A stretch of DNA of 64,000 bases from Phycisphaerae bacterium. GTDB lineage: Bacteria; Planctomycetota; Phycisphaerae; UBA1845. The stretch covers positions 2,104,829 to 2,168,828 of the forward strand of contig CAXXGO010000001.1 in the NCBI GenBank assembly GCA_963666835.2. Reading direction: 5' to 3'. The notes below the pieces were generated by a model. That model searched no databases and had not been told where the DNA came from. It saw only the letters and a program-made list of their open reading frames with translations. Positions 19,233-28,802 of the stretch are shown piece after piece (position 1 is the first letter of the stretch; each line of letters begins with the position of its first letter). The position numbers and the translations under genes were made by a program.

Positions 19233-20036
19233 ATGAAGTTCTGGCGGATCCGGAGTCCTGATTATGGCTCCGACTACGAGGACTCCTTCATAAATGGCTC
19301 ACTCGAGCATCCCTATGCTTTGCCCGGTGTCAAATGCGATGTCTGTGACGCCACCTGGGGCGGGGGCAGGATTCTATCCGTCGATTGTCCGGATGATCTT
19401 CGCAGCCACAAGAACGTCACTAGCGGATGGCCGGTCTCACGGGGGGAACATGAAGCCCTGCAAAGACGTTTTATGACCGCCCTTGCCCTTCAGGGTGAGC
19501 CGTTTAAGGTGCTTCGCCCCGGTGACGAATTCCAGCCGTGCTATCTTAACGTACCTTCGCGTCCTCGCGCCGGTTTTCTCTGGCCCAGCCTTGGTGGCCT
19601 TGTGGTCTCAGAGCGGATCAGGAACTGCCTTGTCGGCTTCTGTTCCGGCGAAATAGCCGTTTGCCCGGTGACGCTCCGCAAAACCGGGAAACGAGAAGCG
19701 ACCCTGCCGCCCCCGATCCCGTCCACAGGTGAGCCGGAGGACATGATGGATGAGGTGCCCATCCGCAACATAACGTCCGACATCGGCCCGTACTTCGAAG
19801 TTGTGATCCTCAAGGAGTCAGGGTACCCGCGAGGGGGCACGCCTACCGGTTTTTGCAGCGGGTGCGGCCGCCCCGAGTTAGACCGTTCCGCCAGGGAGCT
19901 GCGTATGAAGCCGGAAATGTGGCGAGGAGACCGCATGTTCTTTCTTGCGACCACGTTGTATGTGGTGGTCACGGATGATCTGAAAGAGCGGTTATCGAAG
20001 CTCTGCCCCACAAACGTTGTCTTCGAGAGAATATGA
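19233..20036 (+). CDS. Double-CXXCG motif protein (SitI6-like immunity family)
   Basis: HPYALPGVKCDVCDATW..LRPG..CSGCGR..VVVTDDLKE, resembling the myxobacterial double-CXXCG family from memory. Confidence 0.65.
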   Translation: MKFWRIRSPDYGSDYEDSFINGSLEHPYALPGVKCDVCDATWGGGRILSVDCPDDLRSHKNVTSGWPVSRGEHEALQRRFMTALALQGEPFKVLRPGDEFQPCYLNVPSRPRAGFLWPSLGGLVVSERIRNCLVGFCSGEIAVCPVTLRKTGKREATLPPPIPSTGEPEDMMDEVPIRNITSDIGPYFEVVILKESGYPRGGTPTGFCSGCGRPELDRSARELRMKPEMWRGDRMFFLATTLYVVVTDDLKERLSKLCPTNVVFERI

Positions 20037-20112
20037 TGAAGAACGCGGCATGGGCAGGAGTATGATACAGTAATGTTATCATGGGCGGTTTCGCGCGAGC
20101 GACGATCCCGAA

Positions 20113-21432
20113 TCAGCCCAGATCAAAGGCCAGCAGGTTCTTGCGGTCCCGAACGTACAGGGTCTTGCCCACCAGGGTCGGCGGGGTGTGCAGGGGGCCG
20201 GACCAGCCGGGGAGGTTCCAACTGGATTGAACCGCAAGACCATCAGCGGACGCCTTGGCCAACACTAGCTGCCCCTTCTCGTCCAGGAGGATGACCTTCC
20301 CGTCGGCGTGAAGCAGCATGGACTCCGCGAAGCCCCGCTCCACCCACAAGCGTTCTCCAGTTCGCGGATCCGCGCCGAGGATATGGGTGGAAGCCTGGCC
20401 GCCTTTGGGAGCCACGAGGATGTCATCCGCCCAGATCGGGGCGGACACATGTACGTTGAGTTTCTTGTTGACCCAAACGTCCTCGGTGGTCACCTTCCCG
20501 TTCTTCTGGATAAGACGCATCAGCCGTCCTTGGGAAGTGCTCAGGTATAGCAACAGGTCCTTCCCATCCCACAAGGGTGTCATGACATGTCCGCCGTCTT
20601 TCGCCAGTTCGCGCTTCCACAGGACTTCGCCGCTTCCCGGATCGATACCCGCGATTCCGAACCGAGGCATGACGATTAAATGGTCCCGTCCGGCGAAGTT
20701 GATCAGAATGGGTGACGTGTACTTGGTTCGGAAGTTCTGGCTTTTCCACTTCACCGCGCCGGTGGCCACGTCGACCGCAATGAGGGAGGCCTTGTCCTCG
20801 TCGGGGACGGCCGCGGCGATTTCCAACATCGGGTCCGTACGCGGGCGGCTGTCAAACCGTCGCGCGCCGACCATTGTGATTACCGTGTCTCGATAGGCGA
20901 TCGGGCTGCTGGAGAACCCCCACACGGGCACGACTGCGCCGAACTCTGCCACCAGGTCGTGTTGCCAGAGGATCTTGCCGGAGGTCTTCTCGTAGCATCG
21001 CATTACGGCGTTGCGTCCGATGGTGACGACCCGGTCCGCCAGAACAAGCGGGGTAGCGTTCGGGCCCGGAAACATCCGCTCGTCCACCGGTGTTGGCGAC
21101 TCGTGCTTCTGCTCCCACAGGGTCTTACCCGTGCTTGCGTCGAGCGCAATGGTGTATTCTTGTTGATCCGCCTGGTTCTTGCGATACATCGTGAAAAGGA
21201 CGCCGTCGTCGACGGACACCGGCGAGAAGCCTTCCCCGAGCGGCACTTTCCAGAGCATGTTCGGTCCGCCCTCAGGCCAGGCATCCGCCAACCCTTTGGA
21301 GGGAACCTTGAAGTCGCGGGTCGGCCCGCCGAACTGAGGCCACTGCGCCGTAGCGTCCTTTGCGACTATCGCCGTGAGCAGAGCTGCGAAACCGAGTACG
21401 ACTCCGTTAATGCGATTTACTGCCGAACGCAT
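20113..21432 (-). CDS. PQQ-binding-like beta-propeller protein (planctomycete BamB-like family)
   Basis: Signal peptide, WPQFGGPTRD, WPEGGP..WKVPLGEGFS, ALDASTGKTLW, GFSSSP, HTPPTLVGKTLYVRD. Confidence 0.9.
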   Translation of the reverse strand: MRSAVNRINGVVLGFAALLTAIVAKDATAQWPQFGGPTRDFKVPSKGLADAWPEGGPNMLWKVPLGEGFSPVSVDDGVLFTMYRKNQADQQEYTIALDASTGKTLWEQKHESPTPVDERMFPGPNATPLVLADRVVTIGRNAVMRCYEKTSGKILWQHDLVAEFGAVVPVWGFSSSPIAYRDTVITMVGARRFDSRPRTDPMLEIAAAVPDEDKASLIAVDVATGAVKWKSQNFRTKYTSPILINFAGRDHLIVMPRFGIAGIDPGSGEVLWKRELAKDGGHVMTPLWDGKDLLLYLSTSQGRLMRLIQKNGKVTTEDVWVNKKLNVHVSAPIWADDILVAPKGGQASTHILGADPRTGERLWVERGFAESMLLHADGKVILLDEKGQLVLAKASADGLAVQSSWNLPGWSGPLHTPPTLVGKTLYVRDRKNLLAFDLG

Positions 21433-21807
21433 GGCACCTTTTCCTTGTGATGGCTGGTAAGGACCCCTTAACGCAAACCGGGCTATGCTCCGAGCCCTGC
21501 AGCGTCGGCATTATAACGCAAGCCGAACGACCGCCTCGCTCTGCACTCGCAGCATTGACAAGTTCGTACACGGCTTGACGACATTACGAACGAAGCATGC
21601 GTAGAGCGGACGACGGTCACCGTCAGATCTTGTCAGCCGCGTCAAGAGGGAAGACTTGCCGCACTTCGTCAATGTACGAGTGATCAACGCGGTGACCATC
21701 GGGAAGAAGGCCGGCACACCGGCCTCTTTTGCCCCGACCGCCTTGGCGATCTAAGATACGTCCTTACGTAACAAGGAACGCGGCACCGTAAGACAGGAGA
21801 TCCACCC

Positions 21808-21990
21808 GTGAGTGTGAAGCTTGCATCCAAGCCCGCCGACTATGATCCGCTCTGCCCGCATTGCGAGAAGAAGATCCAAGAGGTCCACTGGCGCCAGATC
21901 GAAGCGATAAACGCCGAGTACATGTTCATATGCCCAAACTGCAAGAAAGTCATCGGCGTGGGCGTGCGCAAGACGGCTTGGATCAACTAG
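21808..21990 (+). CDS. Small Zn-ribbon protein (60 aa)
   Basis: RBS AGGAG; PLCPHCEKKI..FICPNCKKVIGV. Confidence 0.75.
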   Translation: MSVKLASKPADYDPLCPHCEKKIQEVHWRQIEAINAEYMFICPNCKKVIGVGVRKTAWIN

Positions 21991-22019
21991 GTTTGCCGGC
22001 GTGGCGCAAGTGTCTTGTG

Positions 22020-22111
22020 GCACGTAGCGGTTCGGCTCGAATCCACAACGTGTCCTGGGCACTGCTCAAGAGCAGTGGCACACCCGAGAGCCGGCGGGCA
22101 ACCTGGCACTA
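22020..22111 (-). repeat. Dispersed REP/MITE-like repeat, copy 4 (inverted)
   Basis: GCACTGCTCAAGAGCAGTGGCACACCCG (22059-22086) is the exact reverse complement of the copy 1 core; ends GCACTA. Confidence 0.8.
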
Positions 22112-22161
22112 GTTTCATAGGTATCAGACACTCTCGCCGTGCCGGCTGATGCTCCAACGCG

Positions 22162-22758
22162 TCAGCCTGATGCATTTGCTTCGGGCAATGTTCGCACAGG
22201 CTGAGATTCTCCGACAGGCGGGGAATCGAGCCGCCCGGCGATCACGGTCGTTAGCACAATTGCGGCCAGCACGAAGGCGACCCCCAGTTTGGCCACGGTT
22301 CCGAGGACGAAGCCCACGGCCGAGAACACCCCGACCCGCGTTCCCTGGACCAGCTCGCGCTTCACGGACAATTCTCCGATCATCGCTCCGCCGAAACAGC
22401 CCACCAACGCCCCGACCATCGTTCCGACAACCGGGATCGGGACCAGGAAGGACAGCATCAGCATCCCCAGGAACCCCCCGATGAGGCCTCCCCAGGCGGC
22501 TCTACCGCTGGCGCCCGCCCGCCGCGCCGTAAACACCGACATGAGCATCTCGAGCACCTCACCCACGACGGCGATGCCGACGAGAATTGCGATCAGCCAC
22601 GCGCCAACGTCTTCCCACTCGGTCATCCAGCCGTAGAGCAATGCCTCGGCGACGATCAGCCAATTCCCCGGCAGTCGCACCGTTGTCAGCAACACGCCGA
22701 CCATGCACCCCAGCAACCACGGCAACACGGCCAGCGAATCCGAGGCGATTTCCAACAC
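22162..22758 (-). CDS. DUF456 family membrane protein
   Basis: LPGNWLI..ARRAGASGRAAWGGLIGG..PIPVVGTMVGALVGCFGGAMIGE; RBS GGAGG. Confidence 0.85.
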   Translation of the reverse strand: MLEIASDSLAVLPWLLGCMVGVLLTTVRLPGNWLIVAEALLYGWMTEWEDVGAWLIAILVGIAVVGEVLEMLMSVFTARRAGASGRAAWGGLIGGFLGMLMLSFLVPIPVVGTMVGALVGCFGGAMIGELSVKRELVQGTRVGVFSAVGFVLGTVAKLGVAFVLAAIVLTTVIAGRLDSPPVGESQPVRTLPEANASG

Positions 22759-22968
22759 GGCGACTCCTCCATTAGACGCCCAAAGACGACCTCACCAGCG
22801 CTGTATTCGCGCTCGCGTCCGATAGATTCGCGGAATTCGGGGCACCGTACAACCGCGCATCGGCAATATGCCCGCTGCCGATCCGCATGGTGTATCGACG
22901 AGCGGGGGCGTAGTCGCGTAGAATCACCGCTGGACGCTCGATCTCGCATAGTCGAGGGCCTGAGAAGT

Positions 22969-23310
22969 ATGCTCCGTCGAAAAAGCCATGTTGTTTTGTT
23001 CGCCCTGGGCACGGTCCTCTGGGTCGGCCTTCCGGGAGCGTACGCGTATCGTGAAGTGGGCGGCGACCCCGCGACGAATATCGATTGGGCAGCCGCCCAA
23101 ACCAACGAAGATGTCCCGGTTGATCCCGTGGTCGAGGAGCCGATAAGGCCGCTATTCCCGGATGACACGTGCACGGCCGATCTGGTCGGGCAGGACCCTC
23201 GGTGTGGTGCTGTGGATCTCGTGATTCCGTCATTGACACTGGTTGCACTCTTGTTGGCGCCGGGTCTGGCGCCTGCCTGGCGGTGGCGCCGGCCACTGGA
23301 ATCCCGGTGA
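22969..23310 (+). CDS. Small secreted protein with Cys-Gly-TM-basic C-terminus
   Basis: Signal peptide ..GAYA; ends RCGAVDLVIPSLTLVALLLAPGLAPAWRWRR. Confidence 0.6.
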   Translation: MLRRKSHVVLFALGTVLWVGLPGAYAYREVGGDPATNIDWAAAQTNEDVPVDPVVEEPIRPLFPDDTCTADLVGQDPRCGAVDLVIPSLTLVALLLAPGLAPAWRWRRPLESR

Positions 23311-23420
23311 TCTTAAAAACAGTGGGCATGATGTATGATGCGCGGGCGTGCCGATGACCTAGGTGGGCGGCGGGGGCTTTATCCGAGCCGCCGGACCACG
23401 ACGCCCGGGGAGGTTATGCC

Positions 23421-24296
23421 ATGCGTATTCGTGAGCCGGTTGTTGAAGGACAGTTCTACCCGGCCGGTGCAAACGATTGCCGGAAAGCGATAGAGGAGCT
23501 TCTCGCCGCGCTCCCCGAGCCTGAGGACTCAGCGGCCCGGTTTGTCGGCGGGATCGTCCCGCATGCCGGTTGGGTGTACAGCGGACGCGCGGCCGCCCGC
23601 GTTTTTCGGGTGCTGGCAACCGGCCGCACGCCGACAAGCGTTGTGCTGTTTGGTGGAGCTCATCGCGGACGCTCGGCAGATGCGGCCATCTTCGCCGACG
23701 GGCGGTGGGATACACCGTTGGGATCGATTGACGTTGATGCCCGACTGGCCGACCGCATTCAGGGGCAGTCCAACCTGTTCCGTGATGATCCGTTTGCCCA
23801 TGAGGCCGAGCACTCTATCGAGGTGCAATTGCCGATGGTCCGGCATCTTCTCCCCGAGGCAAAGATCGTCCCGATTATCGTGCCGCCCGGTCCCCACTCC
23901 GTTGAAGTTGGTGAAGCCATTGGCCGGACCCTGACGACGTACGAATACGATGCTCTCGTGGTGGGCACTACGGATCTTACGCACTACGGCCCGAGCTACG
24001 GGTTCATGCCGAAGGGAATAGGGGCAAAGGGGAATGCGTGGGCGAAGAACGAGAACGACCGGCGGATGATAGAGCTTATCTGCGCCTTGCGCGGTGATGA
24101 AATCGTGGTAGAGGCTCTCGGGCATCAAAACGCCTGCAGCAGCGGAGCGGTGGCCGCGACCATCGGTGCCGTTCGAGTGCTGGGAGCCGAACGCGGTGAA
24201 CTGCTCGAGCACACCGTCAGTAGCGAGGTGATGCCGGGGAATGCCCCCGGTGACGTGGCGGACTCGGTGGGATATGCCGGGTTGGTCTTTTCGTAG
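23421..24296 (+). CDS. amrB: MEMO1 family protein (AmmeMemoRadiSam system protein B)
   Basis: REPVVEGQFYP, IVPHAGWVYSG, WDTPLG, HEAEHSIEVQLP, TDLTHYG, VGYAG. Confidence 0.92.
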   Translation: MRIREPVVEGQFYPAGANDCRKAIEELLAALPEPEDSAARFVGGIVPHAGWVYSGRAAARVFRVLATGRTPTSVVLFGGAHRGRSADAAIFADGRWDTPLGSIDVDARLADRIQGQSNLFRDDPFAHEAEHSIEVQLPMVRHLLPEAKIVPIIVPPGPHSVEVGEAIGRTLTTYEYDALVVGTTDLTHYGPSYGFMPKGIGAKGNAWAKNENDRRMIELICALRGDEIVVEALGHQNACSSGAVAATIGAVRVLGAERGELLEHTVSSEVMPGNAPGDVADSVGYAGLVFS

Positions 24297-24389
24297 AGGT
24301 CCCGGGTTGGGCCGCCGGGCGCGTGGCACAACCGAATCGCGGCCCGTGCCAGTGGTGAATCGAACCGGTGAAGGGACGACGGGATTCTG

Positions 24390-25367
24390 ATGAGCGAGTC
24401 AGTAGCTGTTGGAATAGACCTCGGGGGCACCAATGTGAAGGTGGCTCTCGTTGACGTTCGTGGACGCATCAAGGCCCGGTGGGTGTCCCCGCTCGATCCT
24501 GCTGAGAGCCCGTCAGTGACGGTGCGCGAGATCGTTGCCACTATCGACAGCCTGCTGGCCGAGGCCGGGCTAAGCAGGCTGGATCTGGCGGGTGTGGGCA
24601 TAGGTGCGCCGGGCCCTATGGACCTGCGCCGCGGACGCATTGTCAAGGCCGCAAACCTCCCCGCATGGCACGATGTCCCCATCCGCGAACTGATGTCCGA
24701 CGCGCTTATCCAACCGGTCGTGTTCGACAACGACGGTAACGCCGCAGCCTATGGAGAACACTGGGCCGGCGCAGGCCGCGGTTCGGATGATATGGTGATG
24801 CTCACCCTGGGTACGGGGATTGGGGGCGGCGTTATCCTCGGAGGACGGGTACTGCACGGGCATTTCGAGAACGCCGCCGAGCTGGGGCATACGATCGTGG
24901 CCGTAAACGGAGCCCCATGCACGTGCGGGCAACGCGGTTGCCTCGAGGCCTATGCCTCGGCCCGTGCGGTGGCGCAGAGGGCCTCGGCCGCCCTGGCCCA
25001 GGGCGAATCGAGCACGCTTCGAAAGGTGGCGGATGATAACCTGAACGTCCAAGCTGTCACAGTTGCACAGCATGCCCGCGGCGGAGATTCACTCGCCCGG
25101 CGGGTCTGGGATGACGCCTGCCTTCATCTTGCCGTAGCGTGCGTGAACGTTCAACATGCGTACAATCCGGCGCGAATCGTGCTGGGCGGCGGTCTGAGCC
25201 GGGCGGGCGATTTGCTGCTTGACGGCGTTCGCGAGCACTTTGCCCGGCAGAAGTGGTCACTGCACGATGATCTTCCTACCATCGAGTTGGCCGCCCTCGG
25301 TTACGACGCCGGCCTCATCGGCGCCGCCGGCCTTGGCTGGCATCGCCATCGCAGACCTGATGAGTAG
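24390..25367 (+). CDS. ROK family sugar kinase (glucokinase-like)
   Basis: GIDLGGT, GIGAPGP, NDGNAAAYGE, TLGTGIGGG, ELGH, CTCGQRGCLEAYAS. Confidence 0.93.
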   Translation: MSESVAVGIDLGGTNVKVALVDVRGRIKARWVSPLDPAESPSVTVREIVATIDSLLAEAGLSRLDLAGVGIGAPGPMDLRRGRIVKAANLPAWHDVPIRELMSDALIQPVVFDNDGNAAAYGEHWAGAGRGSDDMVMLTLGTGIGGGVILGGRVLHGHFENAAELGHTIVAVNGAPCTCGQRGCLEAYASARAVAQRASAALAQGESSTLRKVADDNLNVQAVTVAQHARGGDSLARRVWDDACLHLAVACVNVQHAYNPARIVLGGGLSRAGDLLLDGVREHFARQKWSLHDDLPTIELAALGYDAGLIGAAGLGWHRHRRPDE

Positions 25368-25375
25368 TGCCGTCA

Positions 25376-27286
25376 TCATGTCCGTTTGAACTGACGGTCC
25401 AGCTCGCGCTTCGTAAGATGGAGCATGGTCGGGCGACCGTGCGGACAGCTACTCGATCCTTCAATCAGGTGACGCTTGCGCATGAGGGCGTCGATCTCCC
25501 CATCGGTTAACACGTCCCCGGCCTTCACCGCGGCTTTGCACGCCATCATATCGAGCACCTCATGGAGGACGGCCTCGCCCTCCACCGTTGCCGGTTGAAT
25601 AGCGAGGAAGTCAAGCAGGTCGCGGAAGAAGGAAACGACGTCCGTATCCTTGAGCAAGGACGGAAACGCGTGGACGGCGATGGTGTCACTGCCCAAAGGC
25701 GTGGCTTCGATGCCCAGACTCCGGAGCAGATCACCATGCGTTTCCAGGAGGGCAATCTGCGACGATGTAACATTCACCGTTTCCGGGAGAAGCAACCGCT
25801 GGGCCTCTAAAGGTCCCGATGTAATGCGATCCCGCAACTGTTCGTAGATTACGCGCTCGTGCAGGGCATGCTGGTCGATGATCACGATGCCGTCGTCGGT
25901 TTCGGTGACCAGATACAGCTCGTGCAGTTGGATGGCGCGTGGCCTTGCAGTTGTAGCCGGTGGGAACATCGTAGTTGAAACGTCGGTTGTGGTGCCGGCG
26001 TGCTCTGCGGGTGTCGATTCGACGTTTCCGGGTTCACCATACAACGACTTCCAGACTTTGGTCGGATCGACGCCAGGCTTACCGGGGTAACGATCCTCAG
26101 CCATGGCCCGACCGGTTGACGCCGCCGATTCCAATCGTTGATACTTCGGCGGGTCGCTCGGCCGCAACGGACTAAGCGCCTTGAGAGACATGGCCGCCTC
26201 TCGGCGGATGCGATCTTGTTCCGCCGGCTCAATTGGGGTGGGGCTGGTGCTCGGGCGCAGTGCCGCGGGCAGGCTGCCCTTGCGTAACGTCTCGCGCAGG
26301 GCGCTGAGCACCTGCGAGTGAATCAAGTTTGAATCCGCCCAACGCACTTCGATCTTCGTCGGGTGAACGTTGACATCCACCTCGTGCGGATCAACGGTGA
26401 GAAAGAGAAATACCACCCCGTGACGGTTCGGTTCCGTCAGTCCGCGGTATGCCTCCTTGATGGCATGCTGCACGTAGCGATCGCGAATGTAGCGACCGTT
26501 GACGAAGGTATATTGCCATTGGGCGGTCGCACGCGACTGGGCCGGTGGCGCCAGAAACGCCTCCAGAGCGACCCCGCGCTCGTCACGCTCCACCCGAATC
26601 AGTGCCTCAGCCAGCTCAGGGCTGTAGAACTTGGCTATCCGCCCCATGCGTTCGGCGCTGGGCGGCAGATTATGAGTCACTCGCCCGTTGTTTGTCAGTT
26701 CGAACCCGATATCCGGAAAGGCTAGGCCCACCCGGGCGATCTGCTCGTTGATGTGCCCGACCTCGGTAGACTTGGCCCGCAGGAACTTCCGCCGGGCAGG
26801 TACGTTGAAGAACAGGTCGCGGACTTCAATCGTCGTCCCCGCAGGGCACCCGGCCGCCTGGGCGGCGACGAGTTCCTTCCCCGCGACCCGCAGCTCGTTT
26901 CCTTCCACCGCCTCGGGTACTCGCGAGACGATCCGAAGTTTCGAGACGGCCGAGATACTCGCCAACGCCTCCCCGCGAAACCCCATCGTGGAAATCGCAT
27001 ACAAATCCTCGTCCGACCCGATCTTGCTGGTCGCGTGGGGCATGACCGCCAGACGGAGATCCTCCGCGGTCATGCCGAACCCATCGTCTGTGACCCGAAT
27101 AAGCTGCTTACCGCCGTCCTCGATGGCGACCGAAATACGAGTCGCCCCGGCATCAAGCGCGTTGTCCACAAGTTCCTTGACTACACTCGCCGGCCGCTCC
27201 ACAACCTCACCGGCGGCGATCTTGTTGACCAGTAAGTCGGGGAGTACTCCGATTCTGCAGCCGTTGCCGGCGGGGTTGCTGGCCAT
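25376..27286 (-). CDS. mutL: DNA mismatch repair endonuclease MutL
   Basis: NKIAAGEVVERPASVVKELVDN, HATSKI, GFRGEALASI, DVNVHPTK, endonuclease DQHALHER, ACK, CPHGRP. Confidence 0.98.
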   Translation of the reverse strand: MASNPAGNGCRIGVLPDLLVNKIAAGEVVERPASVVKELVDNALDAGATRISVAIEDGGKQLIRVTDDGFGMTAEDLRLAVMPHATSKIGSDEDLYAISTMGFRGEALASISAVSKLRIVSRVPEAVEGNELRVAGKELVAAQAAGCPAGTTIEVRDLFFNVPARRKFLRAKSTEVGHINEQIARVGLAFPDIGFELTNNGRVTHNLPPSAERMGRIAKFYSPELAEALIRVERDERGVALEAFLAPPAQSRATAQWQYTFVNGRYIRDRYVQHAIKEAYRGLTEPNRHGVVFLFLTVDPHEVDVNVHPTKIEVRWADSNLIHSQVLSALRETLRKGSLPAALRPSTSPTPIEPAEQDRIRREAAMSLKALSPLRPSDPPKYQRLESAASTGRAMAEDRYPGKPGVDPTKVWKSLYGEPGNVESTPAEHAGTTTDVSTTMFPPATTARPRAIQLHELYLVTETDDGIVIIDQHALHERVIYEQLRDRITSGPLEAQRLLLPETVNVTSSQIALLETHGDLLRSLGIEATPLGSDTIAVHAFPSLLKDTDVVSFFRDLLDFLAIQPATVEGEAVLHEVLDMMACKAAVKAGDVLTDGEIDALMRKRHLIEGSSSCPHGRPTMLHLTKRELDRQFKRT

Positions 27287-27456
27287 GCGCGGGGAATCTT
27301 CGGTGTCCGGGTCTTGAAACCGCTGCACATCGCAACGGTGGTTCCACCGGAGTATAATCGCCCCGGTGAACGGAATCAAAGCCGACCCGTGCCGGCGAGA
27401 GCGACGAGGCGCGACAATGATGTCTTGCCGGCCGACCGTGCGGAGAACTCCCGGCG

Positions 27457-28200
27457 ATGAAACGACCGACCGCTATACGCATACCGACTCGAAGCGACGG
27501 AAATGACTTGTTGATCACTTGTTCCCGCGCGGTTGAGCTTGGCGTCGATGGGGTCGAGTGGGCTGTCGGTGCCGGCGACCTGTTCGAGGTGCCGGCGCCG
27601 GGAACGGACTTCCCGGAGGTCGTGTCGGTTGCGGCCGAATGCGCCCTGACGGAGATCTCCCCCGCAATCGATCGTGTGAACAACTTGCTCCAGCAATCGG
27701 CACAGGTAGGCGCTCGCTGTCTCGCACTGGGACTGCCCGGCGTGTCCTTCGAGGCCGGCAGTGGATGCTTCTCTCGTTATCAAGAGGTGCTGGACTTCGT
27801 TTACGCCCTCCTCCGGGAGGTGCGTTTTGAGGCGGAGGCTTGCGGGGTGCCGATTGCCGTAGAGGCGATGCGGGATCAGTCGCTCATGTCGCCGTCGGAG
27901 CTACGCGGAATCGTCGACGGAGCGAATTCCTGGGCGGTCGGAGTGTGTGTAGACACCGGACGCCTGGCCGGGCGGGGTCATGCCGCGGATTGGATCGAGA
28001 CCCTCGGGCGGCGGGTGCATCTGGTTCGACTTGGCACCATCGGCGAGGGGGGCGTTCCGGCAGAATCAGATCTCGTCGGTCTGGCATCGGCGTTGGATTC
28101 GGTTCCGATTGACAGACCAATAGTCGGGGTAGCTTTGCCCTCGCCGGACCGGTTGCGCGCCGCGGCGGACTGGCTCTGCAGATTGTCCGGCGCGCCTTAG
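27457..28200 (+). CDS. Sugar-phosphate isomerase/epimerase-like TIM-barrel protein (divergent)
   Basis: EAEACGVPIAVE..LMSPSELRGIVD..VGVCVDTG..DWIETLGRRV. Confidence 0.7.
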   Translation: MKRPTAIRIPTRSDGNDLLITCSRAVELGVDGVEWAVGAGDLFEVPAPGTDFPEVVSVAAECALTEISPAIDRVNNLLQQSAQVGARCLALGLPGVSFEAGSGCFSRYQEVLDFVYALLREVRFEAEACGVPIAVEAMRDQSLMSPSELRGIVDGANSWAVGVCVDTGRLAGRGHAADWIETLGRRVHLVRLGTIGEGGVPAESDLVGLASALDSVPIDRPIVGVALPSPDRLRAAADWLCRLSGAP

Positions 28201-28328
28201 ACGGGTGAGCTCATGCCGGGTGAATCTGCGGAGGCGGCTGCGGTTTGCACTCCGTTCTCAGGCGAGCTAGATTGCGGTTTTGATGGTATCAAGACGCCGG
28301 GTGGGCGGCGGTTCTTTCTACCAGGGGA

Positions 28329-28730
28329 GTGATTGAGATGGTGCCGATTTCATGGCAGTGCAGGGGACGGGTGGTTTGCGTGCTCGGCGTTCTTCTTGTG
28401 ATTGCGAGCCCGGGCTGCCGGAGCGAGGAGGAAGCCAAGGTCCAGACGATGGAGGGCAAGGTCGAGAAGATCGTGGTCAACCCCGACGGCACCGGTGAGA
28501 TCACCGTCGTGTACTTCAGTGAAAAGCACAACCAGGAGATGCCCGGCACGGGGATAGTGACCAAAGATACGGAGATTATGATCAACGGAGTGGTCAGTAA
28601 GCTCAGCGATATTCGCGAGGGGGAACGTGTTCGCGGACAGGTCCGGACCACCAAGAGCGGCGGAAAGCGGATTCAAACCGCCCTGAAGATCCACGTCGAT
28701 CGTCCCAAACCAGTTGGCGCCCCCGGTTAG
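28329..28730 (+). CDS. Putative lipoprotein (OB-fold-like)
   Basis: Lipobox SPGC; VTKDTEIMING..LSDIREGERV. Confidence 0.7.
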   Translation: MIEMVPISWQCRGRVVCVLGVLLVIASPGCRSEEEAKVQTMEGKVEKIVVNPDGTGEITVVYFSEKHNQEMPGTGIVTKDTEIMINGVVSKLSDIREGERVRGQVRTTKSGGKRIQTALKIHVDRPKPVGAPG

Positions 28731-28802
28731 TAGTCGGTTGAATGGCCGTGCCGGCACTCTGCGATGGGTGTCCCTCGGTGTTCGACAATGCACTCGACGC
28801 GA

